A DNA stretch of 64,000 bases from Eledone cirrhosa (lineage: Eukaryota), in contig OZ024750.1 in NCBI GenBank assembly GCA_964016885.1, positions 33,976,001 through 34,040,000 of the forward strand, read 5' to 3'. Shown here piece by piece: positions 23,201-34,609 of the stretch (the first letter of the stretch is position 1; each line of letters begins with the position of its first letter). The notes under the pieces were generated by a model. That model did not search any database and was not told the DNA's origin. It worked only from the letters and a program-made list of their open reading frames with translations. The position numbers and the translations under genes are program-made.

Positions 23201-23431
23201 TAAGTTGTATATAGAGCTAGGAAGACATGAGATGAAGTAGCCAAGACTGATCATAAGAAGCTGAATTTCACATAAGAAATGATGAAAGACTACAATTATT
23301 AATTTAGCATCTAACCAATAAGACATTTCATATAATTTGGGCGATGCATTTTGTATATTTGCTTGACTTTGAAACCTTTTTCTTCTGGATTATATTAAAT
23401 AAAGTATGATAGGATGAATATCAGACTTTGT

Positions 23432-23680
23432 CATCATCATCATCATCATTTAACATCTATCTTCCACGCTAGCATGGGTTTAGACGGGAATTATCCCACT
23501 TAAGGCAAGATTGGTCATCTCGCTCGTATGGGACTGTCTGGCAGGTTTGCTACGGCTGGATGCCCTTCCTAACACCAACCATGTTAACAGTGTGGACTGG
23601 GAGGTTTTTACTGTGTTACCTACACGGCCACATTACAGCGTGGACTGTGTGTTTTTTTTGTGTCGTGACACCTACGCGAC
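23432..23680 (-). mobile_element. RTE-tailed SINE fragment
   Basis: (CAT)n, GCTAGCATGGGTT, GGCTGGATGCCCTTCCTAACACCAACC; similar at 42370-42630, 42915-43125, 52140-52325, 55590-55860, 58940-59240. Confidence 0.8.
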
Positions 23681-24958
23681 CTCATTTATTGTAAATGTTA
23701 TTCCTCGATTCCTTGCCACCTACTCCATGTTTTTCAGCAGTCTGCCTGAGGAAGGAGCCCCATAAGGTGGGGTGGCTGTGACAGCGGGTGTCACTGGCCA
23801 TTATCCACGGGACACAGCCCCAACACCGCTGTATCCTAGGCCCAGAGTCCATCACCCTCCCTCTTTCTGTGGTCCCAGGGTCCTTGTTTTTCGTCTCATT
23901 TATGGCTTTCTTAGTCCTTTCCTCTACTTTCCCATACAGCAACATCTACCCTTCCTTGCCCCGCCTCCATTTTCTCATTTATTGATTTTGCTTTTGTCTT
24001 TCTTTCCCATATTTATTTATCTTTTGAAAATAAAATAATGTATGTTTTGTGAAGTTATTGTATTCCTGTGTGGGATATGTTTAAACATTTAAAATAGTGA
24101 TATCAAAAGAGAATAGAAAAGAAGAAAAGAAGGAGTGGCTCAACCTCAAATCTTGTTTTCAAAATCCAAAGCCTAACCTCAACCTAAGATTCAATGAACA
24201 CACTAATGTCATACATATATCAAACTATCATCTTGTATGAGAACATTCTTGATTAAATTTGGAATCGAAAGCTATCATTTCAGATTCTCCAGTTTATCAG
24301 ACACAAACATCTCAGTGATAAGAAGATTCCGTATGAAGGAACTAAATATATTTAAGAGCTCCGTGGATTAATTTTTCTTCAGACTTTCAGACTTCCAGAC
24401 GAGTCAACAAACCAAAAAATTTAGAAATCAAAAATTTTAAACTTACTAATCCAGAACAATATTATTTCTGGCTTTCTGTATTAACTAGAAAAACTGACAG
24501 GAGGAGGGGGGGACAAGAAGGTGGAGGGGTGAGGGGTGGGTGATGATGAGAAGGGGGAGGGAGAGAAGGTGGAGGATGAGAAGGCAGGGGAGAAGGTGGA
24601 GGAGGATGAGAAGGCGGGGGGTGGAGGACAAGAAGGTGGACAAGGACGAGAAGGCGGTGAAGAAGGAATGAGAAAGACGTTTTAGACAAGAGGAATGGAA
24701 ATTTAAGATCAATACATTACAATATATCTTGTATTCATAATTAAAGATAGAAATATTTATGACATATATTTTTACACTCAATATATACTGCAGCTCAAAG
24801 CTCTCCCTCACAATAGGATATTTTATGATCAAGTATTTCCCACATCTGATCTAATATAAAACTTTATCAACAGTATTTTGTTAGATCAGATTTATAATAT
24901 CCTTTTACTTATTCACTTTTTAACATTTTTTTAATGTAACATCTTCTTCTTCCACTTA

Positions 24959-25293
24959 GGGCAAACGGGAGTATTAAGCCCCAAGGGTTATTAAGCTCCA
25001 CCACACTACAAATGCATTATGTAGATATAATTGTTTCTACTTTTGGCACAAGGCCAGCAATTATCCAGTGCATTACTGGTACTTTATTTTATCAACCCCG
25101 TAAGGATGAAAGGCAAAGTCGACCTCGGCGGGATTTGAACTCAGATCATAAAGGGACGTAACTATGCTGGAAAGCATGGCGTCCGACCCTCTACCGATAC
25201 TGCCAATCCACCGCCCTTATGTAAATATAATGCATTTCTGGTGTGGTGTGGTGGAGCTTAATACCCCCTGGAGCTTAATACTCCCATTTGCCC
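24959..25293. mobile_element. TA-flanked palindromic MITE (Tc1/mariner-like) containing a SINE-A
   Basis: TIR GGGCAAA(C/T)GGGAGTATTAAGC; TA at 24957-24958 and 25294-25295; arms complementary almost to the centre. Confidence 0.85.
25030..25216 (-). mobile_element. SINE-A, full length
   Basis: TSD TTATGTA(G/A)ATATA 25017-25029 and 25217-25229. Confidence 0.92.
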
Positions 25294-25445
25294 TATTCCT
25301 GAGAGGGTTGTGGGAACAGAGTCCTCAAACAGTCCTTCCAGCGAGTCCTGTCAGAAGCAACTGTCTCCAATTGATCCAGCTGGATACTCAAGCAAGACCA
25401 GACAATCTCATGGATGTTATCTAACCATCTTACTCGGAGTCTACA
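25294..25445 (-). mobile_element. Second RTE-like family, 3' end
   Basis: Homologous to 42000-42190(-), 45380-45700(+), 62040-62420(-). Confidence 0.75.
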
Positions 25446-25780
25446 TTATAAAATAAAATGATATAATACCTACTACACTGATTTTTTCCTTGTCCCACTA
25501 AATAGAATTTTATCCCTAAATTTAAAGTCTTGTCCCAAACATAACTACATACTCTCAGATCCCAAATAATAAAGGAGAGTGTTGGAATAAGTGGGGTGGT
25601 GGGGGTGGGGGTGTGCACAATCAGTAAATTTTCTAGGTTGTCTATGTTGATTTTATTTTAAAAACCAGAATTAGTCATTTAGTTTTCATATTGAGACCCC
25701 AACCCATCTTATTTATTTTATAACGTATGAGATTTCTTGTAATGTTCTCTTTTTTTTTTATCATGTATAATGTTTTTTAA

Positions 25781-25997
25781 CCCTTTAGCATTCACATTAC
25801 TCTATATATACTATTATATTTTCATGGTAAAGACTTTATCTTGCATAATTATCTCACATAATATCGAATCTATGAGATTTTGAAAGTATTTATTTTGAGA
25901 ATAATACCTTAAACGTTTGAGCGACCAGTTACAGCCAGTTTCAACAAAAAGAGGTAGAGATTTCTGGCCGGTTTTGGCTGGTTTGAACATTAAAGAG
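25781..25997 (+). mobile_element. piggyBac-type MITE
   Basis: TTAA both sides; CCCTTTAGCATTC start. Confidence 0.88.
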
Positions 25998-26559
25998 TTA
26001 ATGTATAAAGAAAATGAATTATGACAGGAATGATACCACTTAAAATAAAATTTCGCTGTACATAGATTAGTAAAATTTAATAAAGAGTGTGGTGAGGGCA
26101 GTTATTCGAGATTCGAGAGAGAGAGTACACACTTACAGATCTTTGTTTACTCAGAACTTTTGTTATAATATAGCAAAGGTAAAAAAATATAACTATTTGT
26201 ATGTAGAGAGCTACATTGGAGTGCAGGCATGGCATCATCCCGCGTCCCCCGAGGGAGTTGTAGGGGTGCCACATTGACATACAGTGTTTCTAGGGCATTT
26301 TAAATCCTTGTGGAGCCCATCTCCTCTCCAGGTCTGAATACAGAAACTTTCTTATAGAGCAGGATAGAGTGAAAGAAAGGAAGTCAGAAAGAGATATAGA
26401 GAAAGAATCAACCTCAGTACTTGACTGGTATTTTTTTAATCTATCTGGAATGGATGAAAAGTAAAGTTGACCTCGACGGAATTTGAACTGAGAGAGGAAA
26501 GAGCCAGAACGAATACTGCAAAAAATTATATCCGACGTTCTAATGACTCTGCCATCTTA

Positions 26560-27080
26560 CATAGGAGAGTATATGATTTTCAAACAGCTTTATACAAAGC
26601 TCAATATGATTATGTAGTAATGGATGAAAGACATGATAGATATCAATAGAAAAAAGTGCAATAGATCATCCAACTATCTCAAGCAGGTGACAAGAAAGGC
26701 AGCGCTTGAATTTTAACAGCGCATAGTAACCAACCCTGAAAGCAAAGTGTTCTGGAAATATATACATTCAAAGCAGAGACCTCACTCTCCAGTTGGTCCT
26801 CTTCGCAATCCCCACACAGGCCAAATTACTGACCTTCCTAAAGAATGCACAGAACTCATTGCCGAATGCTATGCAGGCATTTTTCTGTTGAAAACCAAAG
26901 TGTACCATCTTCACCACCTCTGACATCAACATCTCCAAACTGCTCGCTCTCACTGGAAGAAAGCAGACTGGAATTCTTACTGCAGTAAGCTTCAATGCCC
27001 AAACTGGCTTGAATTTTACGACTCTGGAGATGTGAACACTATACTTCTGAACATCCTGAACTCAATATGGACAGTATGTG
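26560..27080 (+). mobile_element. CR1/L2-like LINE ORF2 internal fragment
   Basis: Translates to SKVFWKYIHSKQRPHSPVGPLRNPHTGQITD..ECTELIAECYAGIF, like the linker upstream of CR1-group RT; has stops. Confidence 0.6.
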
Positions 27081-27099
27081 CAGCATCAGTACCACGTAA

Positions 27100-28860
27100 G
27101 CACAAAAACATCCAATTTTAGAGACTGCAGCAGTTCAACTTGCGATCTTATCAATGCCTTCATTTTATTGTTCTTGATGTTATCTGCCTCCAGAACCCCT
27201 AAATATTTGTATCCCTCTTCAGTGTCAATTTCTTTTATCATCTCACCTGTTGGTACCTGGATTCCGTTGCTTCTGTTCAATTTACCCCTCCTCATCACTA
27301 GGACTCCACACTTATTAACACCAAATTCCATACATATATCATTGCTGAAAATACGGACAGTGTCAACAAGTACATCCATCCCCTTCTCATTCTTCCTAAA
27401 GAGTTTTAGATTGTCCATGAAGAGGAGGTGGTTGATGGTAAGCTCTCCTACTCCCAACTTGTATCCTGCTTTCACTTTTCACAATATGCGGGACAGAGTA
27501 TGAGGGTAAGGACAAACAATAAAGGGGATAAACTATCTCCTTGGAAGATACCTCTCTTGATCTTCACACCTCCCAAGGATTCTCCACCTGATGTTAGCTC
27601 TGTTTCCCATGACTTCATACTTTTACTTAATAGCTGTCTGATGTTGTCTGCCACCTTGAAGATCTCTAGGCTTTTGGTTATCCAAGAATGAGGTACCATG
27701 TCGAATGCCTTCTTGTAATCTATCTATCCCATGGCAAGACCAGTATGCTTCCTCTTGCAATTTCTTATTACCATCTTACCAATAAGTAACTGGTCTTTTG
27801 TACCATGGGACTTCTTTCGGCATCCTTTCTGTTTGTCCGGTAATAAGTTGTTTATGTGGAGGTGATAGTAGATTTCCTCAGTTTCCACATTATGGACAGA
27901 CATGTGATAGGCCTATAGTTGGTAATGTCATTACCCTTGATTCGGTCTTTCATTATCAGAACTGTGGTACCTTTTGTCAACCACTCTGGTACTTCACCCG
28001 ACATCAAGCAGTCATTGAACATGGCTGTCAGTATTGGGTGGAGGGATATTATATTTTGTATCCAATATCCTTGCACACCATCTGGGCCTGGTGATTTCCA
28101 GTTAGTTAGTTTATTGGCCTGCTTTTTCAAGAGTTTCAGCTGTGATACTCAAATCAGGTTGTTGGTGTGCTTGTTTACTAATCTCCTTTTTAACTGTCTC
28201 AATCCACACTGCCTGACTATTATGTTCAACATCCTGCTCCCATATTCCTCTCCAGTATGCTTTAGGCTGTTCAGCAGCAGGGATCACGTTGTTGCCTCTT
28301 TCTTCCCCTTCAAGCTGTTCAAACAACATCTTCTGGTTGTTGTCAAACATGTGGTTCTATCTATACTGACTAACTATGTTCTCATATCGTTTGATCTTTG
28401 CGCTTTTTGCTACTATGCATTGCTTATGTTCCTCTATGACAATATTTAGCTCTTTTCCCTTAGTGTTGTATTTTATTTTCAATCTATCTTTAGTGTCTAT
28501 GTTTTGTAATGTCCCATTCAGTAAAGATTCAAGCTTTCCAATGTCTTTTCTCATTTCCTTGATTTGACCTTTCAGTCGTTTCTTCCACCAAGGTTCTGAT
28601 CTTTCTTATTTGTTGTCTCCTCTCGTTTTTATCCCAAGTAATTTTTTCACCACATTTGTGGTTGCTTTGAGGATATTGTTGCATTGGTGAAGGTTCCTCG
28701 CCTCAAGGTTTACCTTAGCTGTCATTTCTTTTAACTTTTTCCTGTCTGCAAATCTTAAGTTCATAGGCTTTCCACTATCATTGTTCATTTCATCTACCAC
28801 TAAGTTCAGAATATAAACAAAATCTTGCTCTAGCCCATCAGCTTTCATTTCCTTATTATT
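27100..28860 (-). mobile_element. R4/Dong-like non-LTR retrotransposon RT relic
   Basis: NWKSPGPDG, NYRPITCL, QKGCR..KDQLL, DYKKAFDMVPHSW, GIFQGDSLSPLLF, HLLFMDNLKLF, MEFGVNKC, YKYLGVLE; several frameshifts. Confidence 0.85.
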
Positions 28861-28861
28861 A

Positions 28862-28891
28862 TCTATATATATAAAACTGAGGATGTCTGTC

Positions 28892-28947
<56 letters not shown>

Positions 28948-29219
28948 TGTGAGTTTTAATCCCTAAAACTCGAGAAGTACCCAACCGATTTTTTTCAAAT
29001 TTTACATGTGTATTGCTTATGTTTCAGGGCCCGCATTAGGTGAAAACCTGAATTTTTCCTGCTTCATCGAGGAAAATCTTAAAGATTATCCAACCATCAG
29101 AGTATTCTGTTTATTTTCTTTACATATTGTCCAGGCATGCAGTTTTTCCACGATTAGGTCTGTTGGCGACCCGCGTTTCAAAATACCTTATTCCGTGCAA
29201 TGCCGGGTCCCACTGCTAG
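28862..29219 (+). mobile_element. Non-autonomous Helitron, complete
   Basis: 5' TCTATATATATAAAA, internal (GTCT)/(GT)n, subterminal CCGTGCAATGCCGG hairpin, CTAG end, inserted between A and T with no TSD. Confidence 0.85.
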
Positions 29220-29454
29220 TTATTAATATTCTTAGGGTAAAAAAGTTATAGAAAAATAGACATACACACAAAGGATATATAACGAAAGAGAAATATAGAA
29301 TAAGGTTCTTATATCTTTTAAGACCTATAATATATATTTTAATAAAAGGTTACAGAGATCTAATTTCGAATGTTTAGATTACGACTATGCTGAAGAAACA
29401 TTTGACAAATCATTTTTATTTATTCATTTTATTATTATTATTTTTATTTTGCAA

Positions 29455-29930
29455 TTCATAGTTGTAGAAATGACACTACGTCCTGTAGAAAATCTATGAC
29501 AATATCCTAATTAATATTATTTATTATTAACATGAAACAGGAAGGCATGATGAGTTTCTGAAGTTGAAGTCTACGTTTAGCAAATACAAGTCGAAAGTAT
29601 TTAGAAAATGGCTGCCTTAACGACCGGAAGTATATGATAATGAAAGTATTAAAAAAACAGTAAAGTAATTTATTTTATATTTCTTAAACATAATCGTAAC
29701 TTACAGTCTGAAAAATGTATTTCTGCAAAATGTCATTAAAAAATCTGTTGTCTCTTACTTAATTCATGTGGTGAGAAATATTCCCCAATAGACAATTTTA
29801 GTATCAATTTCCGTCAAATAACCGCTCAATATACGTTAAATTTTTTTAAAATATATTAAATCAGTGAAAAATCGGGTTCCATTTCTTGTCGACCATTTTA
29901 TAGAATGTCGTGTCATTTCTATAATAATTG
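29455..29930. mobile_element. Possible old MITE
   Basis: Degenerate inverted ends TTGTAGAAATGACACTACGTCCTGTAG / TTATAGAATGTCGTGTCATTTCTATAA. Confidence 0.4.
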
Positions 29931-30157
29931 TTTCTAGAATTTGTCGTTTCTGTATACTAAAAACAAATCAATCGATCAACACAATCGTACATCCCGTTCC
30001 ACGGTGATAATCATAGGATGTAATATGTAGCAATATTTTCTATAGCGGCAACCTGGCGCATTTGATGATAGACCCAGGTTTCGTTGCATGACAAGGTGAA
30101 GATCATTAGGTAGAGACCTTTGGGTTCCTCAACCGCCTCACCAGTTCCTTATATCAG

Positions 30158-30315
30158 GATGAAGTTGGCTACCCGCAGGAGTGAGTCCTTCATGTCGTGG
30201 TGAAGTTAGTTACCCACAAGAATGAGTCCCTTACATCGCTGTGAAGTTAGCTACCTACAAAAGTGAGTCCCTCATATCGCTGTGAAGTTGGCTACCCACA
30301 GGAGTGAATCCCTTG
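30158..30315. repeat. ~41-bp tandem repeat, 4 units
   Basis: GTGAAGTT(G/A)GCTACCCACAGGAGTGAGTCCCT. Confidence 0.85.
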
Positions 30316-30592
30316 AAATGAACTAGCTTCTTGTGAACCCTTTAGCAGTGGAGACTTCTGGTGTTCTGGGTCCCCATAATACTTTTACCCACTTTTATCG
30401 GGGCACAGTTGGCTACATGCAAGAGTGAGCTCAGTGTGTTGTTATACGTCTCCTTCACTGTCCATCCGGGATAACATTTTCTCCATTTTGCCCGCCGGGA
30501 TCATGCAACAACCAGCATCTCTGGTTCTACACAATATAGAACATTCCTCCATAACGTCAAGATTTGTATCATGGTTGTTCTTAGTTCCAGTA

Positions 30593-30623
<31 letters not shown>

Positions 30624-30830
30624 ACTCGTATACTACTAAAACTCTGTGATTGCTTGCTTGCTTGTCTGTAATGTATAATTTTTAATTTTATTTTAAAAGC
30701 ACCTGCTTTTGAAATAAAATTAATGTTTTGAAATGGCCTTCAAAACCGAAATTGGGTGTTTTCTTTTTGTGGTTCCTCCAGTCGAATACTGCTCAACAGC
30801 CGCCTTTATTTTTTATTTTTTTTTTTTTGC

Positions 30831-30873
<43 letters not shown>

Positions 30874-31470
30874 TACACATATAAATTTATAACTCTATAA
30901 AATTAACTGCCTCTATGAAAGGACAATATATATTAAATTATCTACTCAGAGAAGTATCAAAACATATAATTAAATATAGTGTGTGTGTTATAAGATCGGT
31001 AGAAAAATTTCAAAACATGTTTTGACGATCAGATAAATTTTGGTTTGTGTATGAACTAAAATATTCCAATTTCAACAGATATTGCCAATATGTTTAGACC
31101 CAGTTCAGCCCTTGTACGAGACATGTGAAAAAATATATGCATCTGACCGCCAGCTACTTTAAAATGTCCTGTTTGAACCGTCATTTCTTTCTCTCCCCAC
31201 CATTTGTTTTGCATTCACATTTAGGGAACTTTATAAAGATATTAATTCTACCTCAATTGTTGTCTAGAATTTCTTTCATTTATCGACTCTGGACGGATAA
31301 AGGGTAAAGTGACTTCAACGAAATTTGAACTCGGAACATAAAAAAGCCACAGAGTATTAAAAAAAAAAAGAAATCTTATTATTCACAGTTGTATAAATAT
31401 CGTTACAGAATGAAAATATAAACACATAAAAAATACAATTAATTATTGCTAGGAACCTTACAAATATAAT

Positions 31471-31657
31471 TGTTTCTACTTTTGGCACAAGCCATCAATT
31501 ACCCAGTACATTACTGGTACTTTATTTTATCGATCCCGTAAGGATGAAAGGCAAAGTTAACCTCGGTGGGATTTGAACTCAGAATGGCAAGGACCGTAAC
31601 TCTATGCGTCAAAGCATGGCGTCCGACCCTCTACTGATTCTGCCAATCCACCACCCT
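31471..31657 (-). mobile_element. SINE-A, full length
   Basis: 19-bp TSD GGAACCTTACAAATATAAT 31452-31470 and 31658-31676. Confidence 0.93.
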
Positions 31658-32089
31658 GGAACCTTACAAATATAATACCCACAACCTGGAACAAGATTGT
31701 TTTTATTCACAAATAATTAAAAAAGAGAAAGAAAAGGGAAAAAATAAAGAAAAAAACACACAAGCAGGTAATACACACATCTGGGACCTCAAACAACAAA
31801 AAGCAGGTGAAAGGAGTGGACAAACGAACCGCTACCAAGATAATATATCAGATATACACAAAAAGGGGTAACAAAAACGAAATCAACCATCAATTCACCA
31901 CCAAGTGCGACAATCGCCTGCACATTAAGACGCTCTACCGATTAAGCCATAAATAATAATAATAATAATAATAATGAAATTATTGTTTACAGTGTTCAGA
32001 TGCACTACAACTCATCAAAGGTGCATCTATTGTTTCGTTTCTTTTATTGAATACTTTCGATTTTATACTGGAACGTAATGTAATTTCTA

Positions 32090-32310
32090 CAACTAAGAAT
32101 TGTCAACGGGAACTATCAAATAACCGTTTTTTCCAGCCTGTGGTGTTCGAGCTAGGCCACTGACAACGAAGTTCTTATCATCGTTTGTGGCTCACCTTAC
32201 TGAGGTGTCATGGGATGCTCCTTGTGAGGGTGCTTGGTTGTTTCAGCACTTTAGTCTCGCCATCACCCATGGTGATGCTGCCAGTGTGTTGGCTTGCATC
32301 AAACATCCGT
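32090..32310 (+). mobile_element. CRE-like retroelement 3' fragment
   Basis: Homologous to 33670-33860; encodes AWLFQHFSLAITHGDAASVL. Confidence 0.7.
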
Positions 32311-32475
32311 TGGTCCTTGTGGTGTGGTGTATGACCTATTATCTACATTGTAGTTCTATCTCCAAATACTAAACTCCGCCAGTTGTAGACTGCGCATCAA
32401 CATGAGAAATTTTTCTAGACAAAGTTCGATCACCAACAGCAGAGTTTAAAGAGTAATAAGTTGATATTATCAAGG

Positions 32476-32660
32476 TAGTGGATTCGCAGTATCGGTAGAG
32501 GGTCTGACGCCATGCTTTGCAGCAAAGAGTTACGGCCCTTTATGGTCTGAGTTCAAATCCCGCCGAGGTTAACTTTACCTTTCATCCTTGCGGGGGTCGA
32601 TAAAATAAAGTACCAGTAATGTACTGGGTAATTGCTGGCCTTGTGCTAATAGTAGAAACA
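32476..32660 (+). mobile_element. SINE-A
   Basis: TSD ATTATCAAGG 32466-32475 and 32661-32670. Confidence 0.92.
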
Positions 32661-32916
32661 ATTATCAAGGCATCATTTTGGCTGCCGGCCTCTGCTTCTC
32701 CTACCAGCCAACTTACCTTCAAGACACAACTCACACCACGAGTTGATCTTTAGATATGACCATACAGTTTAAGCGCTCTTGACCTAACAACTGATGTGAT
32801 TGGTAGTTAACTGATGGTTATTTTAGCTTTTATTTTTCTTTCGCTTTGATTGTGTATTTTTGTGTATTATATTTGTGAGGGTCCCAGCAATAGTTAATTG
32901 TATTTATTATTATTAT

Positions 32917-33290
32917 GGATTGGCAGTATTGGTAGAGGGTCGGACGCCATGCTTTGACGTATAGAGTTATGGCCCTTGCCATTCTGAGTTCAAATCCCGC
33001 CGAGGTTAACTTTGCCTTTCATCCTTACGGGGTCGATAAAATAAAGTACCAGTAATGTACTGGGTAATTACTGGCCTTGTGCCAATAGTAAAAACAATTA
33101 TTATTATGGATTGGAAGTATTGGTAGAGGGTCGAACGCCATGCTTTGACGTATAGAGTTATGGCCCTTGCCATTCTGAGTTCAAATCCCACCGAGGTTAA
33201 CTTTGCCTTTCATCCTTACGGGGTCGATAAAATAAAGTACCAGTAATGCACTGGGTAATTGCTGGCCTTGTGCCAAACGTAGAGACAATT
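32917..33290 (+). mobile_element. Tandem SINE-A dimer
   Basis: Two copies 191 bp apart sharing diagnostic variants (GTATTGGTAG, TTGACGTATAGAGTTATGGCCC). Confidence 0.9.
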
Positions 33291-33347
33291 ATTATAAGTG
33301 TTTATATTTTTATTCTGGAAGAATTATAAACAATTTGTTGGGGCCTG

Positions 33348-33870
33348 AGATGCCGCTGTGGTAGGTTCCTCGACTCCACAGGTTTACATGGTTTGTCCTG
33401 CCTCCTGAATGCTGGTTGTTTTGCCCGTCACACCGAGTTAAACCTGATCATCAAACGGGTCCTGGCTCTGGAAAATATCCCCACAGTTCTGGAGCCGGCT
33501 GGTTTATCCGTGATGGGAAGAGAGAAGACGGTCTTACCTTTTGTCCCTGAGTGAGAAGTAGGTGTCTCATCTGGGACGTCAGTTAGTGACTCTTTTGCTC
33601 CCTCCCACATCATGGATGCCACAGTGAATGTGGGGGTCACTGCTTTTGGAAGAAAATTCGGAAATACCTGGAGTTATCAAATGATTATTTTTTTTCCAGC
33701 CTGTGGCGTTTGAGACGTTTGGTGGAGCTGAGCCACTGACAGCGAAGTTCTTGTCATAACTGGTGGCTTACATTACTGGGGGGTCAGGTGATACCCATGA
33801 GGATGCCTGGTTATTTCAGTGCCTTAGCCTCGCCATCACCTGTAGTAATGCTGCGAATGTGTAGTTAAAC
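33348..33870 (+). mobile_element. CRE-like non-LTR element: CCHC knuckle plus restriction-like endonuclease, decayed
   Basis: CRCG..HGLSC..RHTELNLIIKRVL..LEP.GL, DGKREDG..WDV, FQPVAFETFG, WLFQCLSLAI..NAA. Confidence 0.82.
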
Positions 33871-34374
33871 CTTAAGGTGTGAGGTGCGGCCGATTGTCGC
33901 ACTTGGCGGTGAATTGACACCTCCTTTTCCTTTAATATTGTTCAATGAATTATATTATTATATTTTTATACACCTTGATAAAATAAATGTTTTTAATTTG
34001 TAATATTATTTAATAAGCCACTATATCTTAGACCTAACGATCACATAAATATATAAGATTAAATAGAAATACATATACAGAATCAATTAATTATTGCTAG
34101 GAACACAGAAATATTTGTGGTTTGGGGTTACTAAATGTCATTTGAAAATTATTTCATCCTCAATATTTGTGTGTAGAGCATTGCTGGCGAGCGTGTATAG
34201 CAGTGACTCTCAACGTGAGCCTCAGAAATTTAGTAACGGGATACAAAGATGACATACGCATCTTTAGCTAGTGTTGAAACGAATCAAATTTGGCAGTCAA
34301 TGCTGAGTAATTCTCAACAGAGACCCTTAATCCTAGAAGTGGGCATCAGAAATGTTTTAAATGGGCTTGGAGTT

Positions 34375-34555
34375 TGCCTAAGGCAAAGTCAATTAAATCA
34401 ACTCCAGTGCATTACTGGTACTTTATTTTATCGACCCCCATAAGGATGAAAGGCAAAGCTAATCTTGGCAAGATTTCAATTCAGAAAATAGAGGGACGTA
34501 ATTGTATGCTGCAAAGCATGTTGTCCAGCCCGCTACCAATCACTGACAATCCACT
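34375..34555 (-). mobile_element. SINE-A, diverged long variant
   Basis: Body match. Confidence 0.8.
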
Positions 34556-34609
34556 CGTCTACTAATATATAATACCCTTGTGTTTTTGTCCGTCACAAGA
34601 GAAGACTAG

